Numbered from the stretch's first letter, positions 1 to 8,521 are shown. The stretch is DNA of 16,236 nt from an uncultured archaeon (GCA_964508365.1 CAZDTP010000059.1:5254-21489); one strand, 5' to 3'. The notes: generated by a model from the sequence alone, not told the origin. Numbers and translations: made by a program.

Positions 1-405
1 CACACACACGACCTTAATTTTTATATATTTTACAAGAATCATCATGGTATTCCTAATGATGACCCTTTGAGTAGTATCCAAATAATATAAGCGTAAATTC
101 GGTAATAGAACAGTGTAATATCTATATTATATCTAAGTATTACGCAAATTTTAATTCAGTTTCAATAAATTTACTCATATTACTCAAATACCTTTTAATC
201 AAAAAACATCGAAGTAGTATTTAAGTAACAAAGTAAACGGAAATACGGCAAATACTAAATTGAAATTAGTTTAGGTCGATTTCCATTGCAAGTTTGTATT
301 ATGGGAACGGTTTTTCTAAATAAAAAATCAATTTAAATAGTCAGTAAATAATTAGTATAATAGCAATTCCTGTGGATTTTAGGGATTAAGTAAGGTATCA
401 TTAAA

Positions 406-693
406 ATGATGACTGAATGTGATTTTTATAATAATCTTTACGACGATTTTCTTGATACAAGAAACGAAGAAAACGATAAAATTTTATGGAAAATGTATGA
501 AATTATCGATTTGATGAAAGTTACGGATGAAAAGGACGATAGTGGATTTATGGAAAATGGCTTAAGAATGATTATGCTTCTTTTTAATCGTTTTAAAATG
601 GATTCATGTGATCTTTGTAGCTTTGATTTAATCGAAACGCCCTTTAATGAGAAAGAAGAATTAATGCTTATTTTACAAAAAGAATTTATTTGA
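406..693 (+). CDS. Small acidic hypothetical protein (95 aa)
   Basis: ATG-started ORF with protein-like, D/E-rich composition and a CDLC (CxxC) motif. Its TGA end overlaps the convergent PUA gene by 8 bp. No recognisable family. Confidence 0.6.
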   Translation: MMTECDFYNNLYDDFLDTRNEENDKILWKMYEIIDLMKVTDEKDDSGFMENGLRMIMLLFNRFKMDSCDLCSFDLIETPFNEKEELMLILQKEFI

Positions 694-1192
694 ACTCCTT
701 AGCAAATTTCCATACATCGTCTTGTATAGTATGCAGATTTTTTACTACTTTACCTGCTTTGATTTCTTGCATTTGAGTGGCATTAAACATTGCCTTTCCA
801 ATGGCTAAAGCCCTATCGTGATTTTCATCCACAATAACGACGATATCGTCCTTTTTAATCGAAGCGTCTATTTTGGTGATCCCGGGACGCATTACATCTG
901 CAGCATTTGTTATAAAACGTATAGCTCCTTTATCTACAACAATTTTTTTCAAATCTACTTGTCTATTTAGGAGTAGCGTCAAAACAGGTATATACCCCTC
1001 TTTAGTTTTCCATAGCTTTAATATATTGTTTACCGCGTATAGCGTATCTCCAGTATCAGTCTGAATTACTTCTATACGAGCTTTTTTGGGAAATATTTGC
1101 GCCACAAATTTTTCATCGTAATGATTTAAAATATCATCCTGCAAGTCTTTAATTTGTGATTTTTGAATGAAATGTCTTTGTTTAATATTCAT
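686..1192 (-). CDS. PUA-domain RNA-binding protein (DUF1947+PUA; archaeal MCTS1/Tma20 homolog)
   Basis: C-terminal PUA signature VVDKGAIRFITNAADVMRPGI...KDDIVVIVDENHDRALAIG...GKVVKNLHTIQDDVW. N-terminal pre-PUA region ends in YIPVL. Confidence 0.9.
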   Translation of the reverse strand: MNIKQRHFIQKSQIKDLQDDILNHYDEKFVAQIFPKKARIEVIQTDTGDTLYAVNNILKLWKTKEGYIPVLTLLLNRQVDLKKIVVDKGAIRFITNAADVMRPGITKIDASIKKDDIVVIVDENHDRALAIGKAMFNATQMQEIKAGKVVKNLHTIQDDVWKFAKEFK

Positions 1193-1225
1193 AGTCCATA
1201 GGTGTAATAAAAATCATCAAATATA

Positions 1226-1250
1226 AACCTTATATATACCCATATTTATA
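1226..1250. promoter_or_regulatory. Putative bidirectional archaeal promoter (TATA-like) between PUA and 2H genes
   Basis: 71-bp gap between divergent starts contains TTATATATA and TTTATAA elements. Inferred from position; AT-rich background lowers certainty. Confidence 0.35.
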
Positions 1251-1263
1251 ATAATCCTAACTT

Positions 1264-1803
1264 ATGACTAAAGTTTATTCCACTGCCGTTGTGATTATAC
1301 CACCAAAAGATTTTTGGGTAGCGATTCAAGATATTAGGAAGAAGTATGATAGAAATTTCCATAGATGGATGCCCCATATCACTCTAATGTATCCTTTTAG
1401 ACCACAATCTGAATTTAAAAGCTTGGAACACTCATTCTTAACGCTTTGTAAAGGTGTAAAATCCTTCGAAATCTCGTTAACAAAAATTAAACAATTTTAT
1501 CACTTAAAACAGAATTATACCTTATGGTTGGCTCCAGAGCCAGATTCATTAATAATTAACCTCCAATCAAAGCTATTAGCAATTACACCTGATTGTAACG
1601 ATGTTAATTTATTCCAAGGTGGTTTTAATCCGCATTTAAGCGTAGGACAAATTAAGGGGAATCAAAAGCTTTCAACCTTTAAAAAAGAATTTCAAGAAAC
1701 TTGGATTCCATTCAAATTTATAGTGAAATCTGTTTACTTCATTGCCCGGGAAAAATTTAAATCATCGAGATTCGAAATAGCAAATGAATTCCATATGAAA
1801 TGA
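1264..1803 (+). CDS. 2H phosphoesterase / 2'-5' RNA ligase family protein (LENG9/YjcG-like)
   Basis: Two HxT/S motifs about 85 aa apart: RWMPHITLMYPF and FNPHLSVGQ. N-terminal AVVIIPP..W..IQ.IR segment fits this subfamily. Confidence 0.88.
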   Translation: MTKVYSTAVVIIPPKDFWVAIQDIRKKYDRNFHRWMPHITLMYPFRPQSEFKSLEHSFLTLCKGVKSFEISLTKIKQFYHLKQNYTLWLAPEPDSLIINLQSKLLAITPDCNDVNLFQGGFNPHLSVGQIKGNQKLSTFKKEFQETWIPFKFIVKSVYFIAREKFKSSRFEIANEFHMK

Positions 1804-1857
1804 ATATAATTATGGTAAAATAAATCTTAGATTAAGGATGAGTTAAAAAAGAGACTA

Positions 1858-2433
1858 CTACTTATAGTTCTCTTTAGACTTATAAACTAATTCTGCTATT
1901 TTCTGGAATACTACTTTTACATTTTCCCCAGTGAGAGCTGATGTCTCAAAATAGGGTGCATTTAATTTCTCACTCAGATGTTCAGCCATAGGTAAAATAA
2001 TTTTCCTTTCTTCTGCTAAATCTACCTTATTCCCGATTATGATTCTAGGTATTCCACTTAGTCCATACTTCACAGCTGCGCTATACCAGTTATTAACATT
2101 ACTAAATGTACTCGAGCGCGTAATATCAAATACTAGAAGCATTCCATCTGCCCCGTTGAAATATGGGCGATGAAGCATGTAGAATTGCGGTTGTCCTGCG
2201 ATATCCCAAAACATTAAATTAACTGTGGCATTCTGATCCTTCAGTTCGATTGGTTCCTTTAAAATACTTACTCCTACTGTTGGCAAATACTTCTCTTCAA
2301 ATTGATTTTTAGCAAATTTAGTAAGAAGGCTTGTTTTTCCAACAGCAGGATCTCCTATAACAATTACTTTATAAATTGCTTCAGTTCTCCCTTTGAAAAT
2401 TATTCCTCCTTCATTTCGTTCTTGATCGCTCAT
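1858..2433 (-). CDS. Rab-like small GTPase (Ras superfamily)
   Basis: G1 GDPAVGKT, G2 PTVG, G3 WDIAGQ, G4 NKVD, G5 ETSAL. RabF-like YFNGA and LVFDIT. No C-terminal cysteine. Ends with tandem TAG TAG. Confidence 0.93.
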   Translation of the reverse strand: MSDQERNEGGIIFKGRTEAIYKVIVIGDPAVGKTSLLTKFAKNQFEEKYLPTVGVSILKEPIELKDQNATVNLMFWDIAGQPQFYMLHRPYFNGADGMLLVFDITRSSTFSNVNNWYSAAVKYGLSGIPRIIIGNKVDLAEERKIILPMAEHLSEKLNAPYFETSALTGENVKVVFQKIAELVYKSKENYK

Positions 2434-2492
2434 ATGTTTTCTGATCGCTTTTGCTTTTAATTTTTTTTTATTATAATAAATATGAAGTTCTT

Positions 2493-2506
2493 CTATATAT
2501 TTCTTA
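2493..2506 (-). promoter_or_regulatory. Putative BRE-TATA promoter of the Rab-like gene
   Basis: Minus strand reads AAGAAATATATAGA (purine-rich BRE followed by TATA-like box) about 60 nt upstream of the ATG at 2433. Confidence 0.3.
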
Positions 2507-2647
2507 ACAATTTAATACCTTGATTTTAGCTTTAAGCTGGAAAAAGTTAAGTTCTAATGAAATTTTTTTTCAAATCAATAACACAGACAACTTTTTCAAA
2601 AATTCTTGAAATTCTCGAAAATATTAATAAGTTAAACTTAAACAGTT

Positions 2648-3277
2648 TTAATCTTTAAACATTAATTTATTAGTCCAAAATGTGATTTTCTCCATTAAAT
2701 GATTTTTAATTGTCTTTGAAGTTGTTTTTTGTTCATCCATCAAATCATTCAATGAATTAGCTGAATTTAATCGATTAATAACTTGTGAGATTTCATATAA
2801 AATTCTATGACCGCCCGTAAATTCAAAAATATTCTCTTTAATTTCCTCTAAAATTGGTTTGACGGTAAGGAAATCATCAAGCTCTTCTAAATTCTCTTTT
2901 AAACCATTTAGTTGGTTTAATATTAGATCTTTTTTGCTTGTTGCTGTTTCGTCCCTATCAACAGAATTTTTAACTTCTTTTTTTTTCGAAGAAGTTTGAC
3001 CCATATTTCTTAATAAAGATTTAATTAAATCCAATTCATCCTCTAAGACTTTCTGGTTTTCTATTACATTACTAAGTTGTGGGATCAAACTTTTTATATC
3101 GATTGTTGCTTTGTCCAAATCGTTAATTTTATCAATTAATTGGGTTATTTTGAGGTTAGTTTGTCCCATTTTTGTTATTATGTCTAAACCAAATTTTTCT
3201 AATATTGAAGAAAATAAATCCATCTTAGATTGGAACTCCTCAAATGACTTCGATAAATCTTCTATATTCTGATCCAT
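2648..3277 (-). CDS. Uncharacterised coiled-coil/helical protein (about 209 aa)
   Basis: N-terminal ~95 aa heptad-like region, a Ser/Lys-rich linker (SSKKKEVK), then a helical C-terminal domain. The ORF track starts at GTG 3286; ATG 3277 is preferred because GGTGG (SD-like) lies 5 nt upstream. Confidence 0.8.
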   Translation of the reverse strand: MDQNIEDLSKSFEEFQSKMDLFSSILEKFGLDIITKMGQTNLKITQLIDKINDLDKATIDIKSLIPQLSNVIENQKVLEDELDLIKSLLRNMGQTSSKKKEVKNSVDRDETATSKKDLILNQLNGLKENLEELDDFLTVKPILEEIKENIFEFTGGHRILYEISQVINRLNSANSLNDLMDEQKTTSKTIKNHLMEKITFWTNKLMFKD

Positions 3278-3459
3278 TGATTCCACCGTTGTTCCTTATA
3301 ATAATAACTTAATTAATTGTGAAAAGCAAAATTCTCCAGCAAAATTAGGGAGAATATTATATAAGATCAATTTTTTATTCTTTTTATAAATAAATAAATA
3401 TAGTATAAAAATTTAAATTCAAGTTTTTTAGGCATTTTAATTTACCTTTCTCAACTTCT

Positions 3460-4353
3460 GTGATAAGTGTGATTCAATATCTAAACATTTTAACTAAGGA
3501 CGGTAAGTCATTGCTATTCCGAAATTACGGGAGTTCAGATGTAGATAGAGATTTGTTAGCGGGATTTTTGAGCGCTTTTAGTGGATTTATGAAGGAAATC
3601 AGTCAAAGTGACATTAAATCGACTGCGACTGATGAATTTAAGTATTATTATACGATTATCGAAGCTATTATTATCGTTGTATGCACGGATTTAGAGGATG
3701 ATGATGCAATAATTAACTCTAAAATAACAACTATTAGGGTTAAGTTTATAGAAAAATTTGGAGAACTTCTTGCAAGCGGTAAATGGTCGGGGAATCGTGC
3801 GATTTTTACGAGTTTTGAAAAGGAAATCGATGACATCGTCTTAGGAGCTATTAAAGTATCAATCATAGGAACAGGAGGAGTCGGCAAAACATCCCTTTTA
3901 CACTTAATATGTGGCAAAGAAATCGATTTAGAATACATTCCAACTATAAATGTTGACATAGCTCCTTTTGACGGAGAAGAACTTGATGTTCCACGTTCAA
4001 TAGTACTTTGGGATTTTGCTGGGCAATCTAATTTTAGATCATTATGGAAAAGTTTACTAGATAGTACAGATATAGCGCTTATCGTCCTTGATTCAAGCTT
4101 TGAAAATGTTAATTACAGTAAAGATATAATTCGGGACATTTTAGATAAACACTATAGGGATGTCTTAGTAATAGGGATAGCAAACAAGCAAGATATGCCC
4201 AATCGATTAACACCCCAATTTTGCGAAAGAATTCTATCCGAAGCGGAAAGAGAACCGCCGATCAAAGTCCATGGAATGGTTGCGATTAATCCTGTATACC
4301 GCGAGAAAATTCTTGCAATTTTAAGAGAAGCAATAAATAAGATTTTCCATTAG
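3460..4353 (+). CDS. Longin-domain / Arf-like small GTPase fusion protein
   Basis: Residues ~1-128 have a longin/AP sigma-mu-like pattern (IQYLNILTKDGKSLLFRNY...LLAGFLSAFSGF...IIIVVCTD...FTSFEKEI). Residues ~130-297 form a GTPase: G1 GTGGVGKT, G2 PTIN, G3 WDFAGQ, Arf-like RSLW and ANKQD, divergent G5 VAIN. GTG start. Confidence 0.85.
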   Translation: MISVIQYLNILTKDGKSLLFRNYGSSDVDRDLLAGFLSAFSGFMKEISQSDIKSTATDEFKYYYTIIEAIIIVVCTDLEDDDAIINSKITTIRVKFIEKFGELLASGKWSGNRAIFTSFEKEIDDIVLGAIKVSIIGTGGVGKTSLLHLICGKEIDLEYIPTINVDIAPFDGEELDVPRSIVLWDFAGQSNFRSLWKSLLDSTDIALIVLDSSFENVNYSKDIIRDILDKHYRDVLVIGIANKQDMPNRLTPQFCERILSEAEREPPIKVHGMVAINPVYREKILAILREAINKIFH

Positions 4354-4440
4354 TTTTGAACTAAATTTTAATATTTTAGCTAAAACATAAAAAATTAATT
4401 GATTTTAGAATTATTGGATATTAACTGACTTTCTTATGTT

Positions 4441-6198
4441 GTGATAAAATTGATTGAATTTGAGTTAGAGGAATTTTCCCTTATTGATCGTGGTAAGTAT
4501 AAAGTTTTAAGACTAGAGGAATTAACGGAAGATGAGAGGTATATTGTAGATCCAATTGTTGACCCAACATCAGGATTGCGAATTAAGATACTTGACAAGC
4601 TAGAAAGAGCAGGTTCTGAGAAATTGGTTTTAACTAAGAGAAAGCTTTTCCTATTTCTTCGTGTTTTTAAAGCTATAAGTCAAAAATTCAAAGCAATAAA
4701 GGATGGTAAGAATCTCAAGGTATTAATTGTCACAGATGACCGTCCAACTAAAAGTATTCTATTAGAATATTGTTCTCAAATATTTGCTTACGATGGCTAC
4801 GAAATATTTCATCAGAAAGACATTCCTGGAGAATCGAAGCTTTCTTCTCCGTATGGAGCAGCGTCAGTTGGATTAATTGAGGATATTAAATTAGTAATCG
4901 TATTAACTGCGTCTCATAATGAACTGTCTTGGAATGGTGTAAAGTTTTACATCGATTATCCAATGCCTATGTCGGGAGATTTATTCAAAGAAATTTCTAA
5001 CATAGCATTAAGTATTGAGGAAATAAATCTCGATCCCTTTTACAAGCCCATGAAAATCGATGCTGAACAGATTAATAACGATTACGTTATAAGTCTATTA
5101 AATGATGTTTTGGAGCTTAAAAGTTTAATAGGTTTAAAAATAGTTATATGGCCATATCTAGGAAAAGCCAGAGGAATTGTTGATTTATTTAAACGCTTAG
5201 GAGCAGATGTAGTGTTGATTAACGAAGAAATTAATCCTCCTAACCCTATACAAGAAGTTCGCGAGGATAAATTGAAACAAGTTATGGAAAAAGAAGCTTC
5301 AAATATTGCGATACTTTTAGACGCAGATCGAGATAGGATTGCATTGTATATAAGACAGAATGGAAAATATTGTTTTTACATTCCAAATGAGATCTATTCT
5401 GCCTTGCATAATATTTTGGCTAATGAGTATCATAAAAAGATTATCAATGTGAGGACTATTCCAAGCGATTTGAGAGGAGATGAGACGAGTTTTATAAATA
5501 TTTTGACTGGTGTAGGTTATAAACATTTAGGAATAATCCTATATTTTCTGTTAGGGATGGAAGTAGAACAGTCAAAAGTTGATAAAGCAATCCTCTATTT
5601 TGAAGACGAGAATAAAAATTTGGTGAAAATCAACAAGGCTGAACCATTAAAAGAAGAACTAACTGAACTTATTGAAAAAGAAAAAATACAGGATGAAAGT
5701 TTTTTAATAGTCATGTGGGAAGAATCGGGAGGACATACTCTCAATGTATTAAATCCTGCGAAAAAAGATAACTTGGGGCATTTCGTATTTGATTCTAAGT
5801 TTCCAATAATTGCGGATAAATATCCTGTACCAGCTTTAGTTTTAATAACAGAACTACTTGCAAGAGGGCATGAAATATCAAAATCAATTGATTGGTCGAT
5901 TAAAGGGATAAATCGAACAATACCTGCTATAGACGAGCAAAAGATTAAGATTATGAATAATTTTATGAAAAATGACAAGAATTTTATCACAATTAATGAA
6001 AAAGAGTATAAAGTGAGTGCTTTATCTGATAATGCAAATAATGTAGATATCTACCGCCTTAAAAGCGCCGATTCTACGCTATATTTTAGACCAAGTGGCA
6101 CAGGTCCAGAAGTAAGGTTTTATATTTTTGGTAAACGCGAAACCCACTTAGAAGAATTAAAAACAGTGCAAGATTATATAAAAATACAATATTCATAA
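4441..6198 (+). CDS. Alpha-D-phosphohexomutase (phosphoglucomutase/phosphomannomutase family)
   Basis: Catalytic-Ser loop TASHN, metal loop DADRD, sugar loop EESGG, phosphate loop FRPSGT. DPTSGLR corresponds to the FGTxGxR motif. GTG start. Confidence 0.88.
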   Translation: MIKLIEFELEEFSLIDRGKYKVLRLEELTEDERYIVDPIVDPTSGLRIKILDKLERAGSEKLVLTKRKLFLFLRVFKAISQKFKAIKDGKNLKVLIVTDDRPTKSILLEYCSQIFAYDGYEIFHQKDIPGESKLSSPYGAASVGLIEDIKLVIVLTASHNELSWNGVKFYIDYPMPMSGDLFKEISNIALSIEEINLDPFYKPMKIDAEQINNDYVISLLNDVLELKSLIGLKIVIWPYLGKARGIVDLFKRLGADVVLINEEINPPNPIQEVREDKLKQVMEKEASNIAILLDADRDRIALYIRQNGKYCFYIPNEIYSALHNILANEYHKKIINVRTIPSDLRGDETSFINILTGVGYKHLGIILYFLLGMEVEQSKVDKAILYFEDENKNLVKINKAEPLKEELTELIEKEKIQDESFLIVMWEESGGHTLNVLNPAKKDNLGHFVFDSKFPIIADKYPVPALVLITELLARGHEISKSIDWSIKGINRTIPAIDEQKIKIMNNFMKNDKNFITINEKEYKVSALSDNANNVDIYRLKSADSTLYFRPSGTGPEVRFYIFGKRETHLEELKTVQDYIKIQYS

Positions 6199-6245
6199 GA
6201 CTCGAAAAGTCAATTTAAAATTTAAAATTTAAAGCGTAAGAAATT

Positions 6246-8234
6246 ATGAAAGATAATCGAAAAAAATTATGGGAACCTTCTGCTGAATGGATTAAAAACG
6301 CAGAAGCAACTCGTTTTATTAAATTTGTTAATAAGGAATACGGACAGAATATTAAAGGGGGGAAGGAACTTTATAACTTCTCTGTAGAATATATTGAAGA
6401 TTTCTGGGATGCTATGTGGAACTTTTCTGGAATTATTGCTTCTAAACCATATGATAAAGTTGTCGAAGATTTAAGCGTGTTTCCCGGCACTAAATGGTTT
6501 CCTGGGGCTCGATTAAACTTCGCAGAAAATCTATTGAAATTTAAAGACGATCAATTAGCTTTCGTATTTCAAGGTGAAACTAAAGTAACCAAACAAATGA
6601 CGTACGCAGAGTTAAACAAAACAGTTGCTCGGTTGGCAAAATCTCTTAAAGAATTGGGTGTTAAAGTAGGGGATCGCGTTGTTTCTTATATTCCAAACTT
6701 AATTGAAACACCTGTTGCCATGTTAGCAGCAACAGCGATTGGAGCTATATGGGCTTCGTGCGGTGCTGAATTACAACCTAGCGCCGTTATAGATAGATTT
6801 GGACAAATCGAGCCAAAAGTCTTGTTTACTGTAGATGGATACTTTTATAGAGATAAAGAGTTTAATATAATCGAAAATGTTAAAGCTGTAGTTGAAGCTA
6901 TTCCATCTATCGAAAAAGTTATCGTTGTTTCTTATATTTCTCAAAACAAACCAGATATCAGTAGCATTTCTAACGCCGTCCATTGGGATGACTTTATATC
7001 CAAAAATGAAGAACTAACTTTAGAATTTGAACAATTACCGTTTGACCACCCCCTATATGTTATGTTCTCCTCTGGAACAACGGGAGCGCCTAAATGTCTT
7101 GTTCAAAGTTCTGGTGGTGTATTAATCAATCATTTGAAGGAGCTTATCCTCTCTACCGATTGTAAAAGACGCGATGTACTCACTTATATCACCGCACCTT
7201 CTTGGATGATGTGGAATTGGCTCATTAGTGGACTAGCAGTGGGTTGTACGATATTTTTATACGATGGTAATCCTCTTTACCCTATTCCATTGAGATTTTT
7301 TGAATTAATAGAAAAGCATAAAATATCAATTTTTGGAACTAGTGCTGCGTATATCCATTATTTAATGGGACTTGGTGTTAAACCAGCTGAAAAATATGAT
7401 TTAAGTGCTTTAAGAGAAATTTCACAAACCGCATCAACGCTTTCCCCTGAAGGTTTTGAGTATGTATATAGAGAAATTAAAAAGGATCTCTTTTTTAATT
7501 CGATTAGTGGAGGTACTGATATTAATGGTTGTTTTGCTGGAGCTATTCCAATTCTTCCAGTGTATTCGGGTGAATTACAGGGTCGAGCTTTAGCAATGAA
7601 AGTTGAGTCTTATTCAGGAAAAGCCCAACCAATTGAGGACGAACAAGCAGAACTAGTGTGTGAAGCTCCAGCACCATCAATGCCAATTTATTTTTGGGGT
7701 GACGACGATAACATGACAAAATACAAAGCAGCTTATTTTGATTATTATAAAGATGTAGGAAAAACTGTCTGGAGACACGGCGATTATATTGTAATTCATA
7801 GCGATACAGGAGGCATAACGTTTTGGGGTAGATCCGACGCGGTTTTAAAACCCTCTGGTGTGAGAATAGGGACAGCAGAGATATACAATGTGGTCGAACA
7901 ACTGCCTGAAATAGCAGATAGTCTGGTTATTGGTCAAAAGATCAGTGGTGATATCAGAATCGTAATGTTTGTTTTGCTTAATGAAGGATTTGAACTTACA
8001 GACGAACTAAAAGTAAAAATTAAGCAAACTCTACGTGAGAAGACTAGTCCAAGACATGTTCCAAAACTGATATTTCAAGCACCTGAAGATGGAATTCCTT
8101 ATACATTTAGCAACAAGAAGGTCGAAATTGCAGTTACAAAAATCATTCACGGTATGGAAGTGGCGAACCGTGGGGCACTTAGAAATCCAGATTCTCTCGA
8201 TTTCTACATGGAAATGAAGGATAAGCTTCAATAA
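6246..8234 (+). CDS. aacS: Acetoacetate--CoA ligase (acetoacetyl-CoA synthetase)
   Basis: ANL P-loop MFSSGTTGAPK, WFPGARLNFAENLL, SISGGTDI, WRHGD, GRSDAVLKPSGVRIGTAEIY and C-terminal NKKVE. The 662-aa length is typical. Confidence 0.93.
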   Translation: MKDNRKKLWEPSAEWIKNAEATRFIKFVNKEYGQNIKGGKELYNFSVEYIEDFWDAMWNFSGIIASKPYDKVVEDLSVFPGTKWFPGARLNFAENLLKFKDDQLAFVFQGETKVTKQMTYAELNKTVARLAKSLKELGVKVGDRVVSYIPNLIETPVAMLAATAIGAIWASCGAELQPSAVIDRFGQIEPKVLFTVDGYFYRDKEFNIIENVKAVVEAIPSIEKVIVVSYISQNKPDISSISNAVHWDDFISKNEELTLEFEQLPFDHPLYVMFSSGTTGAPKCLVQSSGGVLINHLKELILSTDCKRRDVLTYITAPSWMMWNWLISGLAVGCTIFLYDGNPLYPIPLRFFELIEKHKISIFGTSAAYIHYLMGLGVKPAEKYDLSALREISQTASTLSPEGFEYVYREIKKDLFFNSISGGTDINGCFAGAIPILPVYSGELQGRALAMKVESYSGKAQPIEDEQAELVCEAPAPSMPIYFWGDDDNMTKYKAAYFDYYKDVGKTVWRHGDYIVIHSDTGGITFWGRSDAVLKPSGVRIGTAEIYNVVEQLPEIADSLVIGQKISGDIRIVMFVLLNEGFELTDELKVKIKQTLREKTSPRHVPKLIFQAPEDGIPYTFSNKKVEIAVTKIIHGMEVANRGALRNPDSLDFYMEMKDKLQ

Positions 8235-8259
8235 AAAAACAAAAAATTTGTTTTTTTTT
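8233..8259 (+). terminator. Hairpin/oligo-T terminator after aacS
   Basis: AAAAAAACAAA-AAA-TTTGTTTTTTT perfect 11-bp stem merging into a T9 run right at the stop codon. Confidence 0.55.
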
Positions 8260-8384
8260 CAAATTTCTTTTTCTAAATTAATTCTAAAAAATAAAAAAAA
8301 CCATAAATTACATATGCGATCTATTTCTACCTTATTGGATTGTAAATATATGTATTAGATTATATTTTATTTTTAAAATATTAA

Positions 8385-8399
8385 TTCGCATTTTGCGAA
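8385..8399. promoter_or_regulatory. Inverted repeat TTCGCA-N3-TGCGAA (possible operator) upstream of aIF-1A
   Basis: Perfect 6-bp GC-containing inverted repeat within an otherwise very AT-rich intergenic region. Confidence 0.3.
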
Positions 8400-8521
8400 G
8401 TAGTTCTATACAATAATTATTTCCGATTCTCAACCAATAGAATTAATTAATAACTATTCGAATTTTGGTATTTAAGATAATCGGATTTACAATTTTAAAA
8501 CAAAAAAAGAGTTTAAATTCT

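Noticed and set aside
1-45. CA-like run at the window start and a possible minus-strand gene start (MMILVKYIKIKVVCV...) running off the edge
   Set aside because: The repeat is only 9 nt and the 15 codons are too few to support a call.
873-1064. 63-aa plus-strand ORF
   Set aside because: Antisense shadow inside the well-supported PUA gene.
3648-3959. 103-aa minus-strand ORF
   Set aside because: Antisense to the longin-GTPase gene, with no motifs.
5317-5990. Two minus-strand ORFs (69 and 131 aa)
   Set aside because: Antisense shadows within the phosphohexomutase; composition reflects the reverse-complement codon bias.
6771-8231. Minus-strand ORFs 6771-6983 and 8031-8231
   Set aside because: Antisense to aacS, with no recognisable features.
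8465-8521. 19-codon N-terminal extension of aIF-1A from TTG 8465
   Set aside because: ATG 8522 gives an MPK start like eIF1A, and the extension is low-complexity AT-rich leader.
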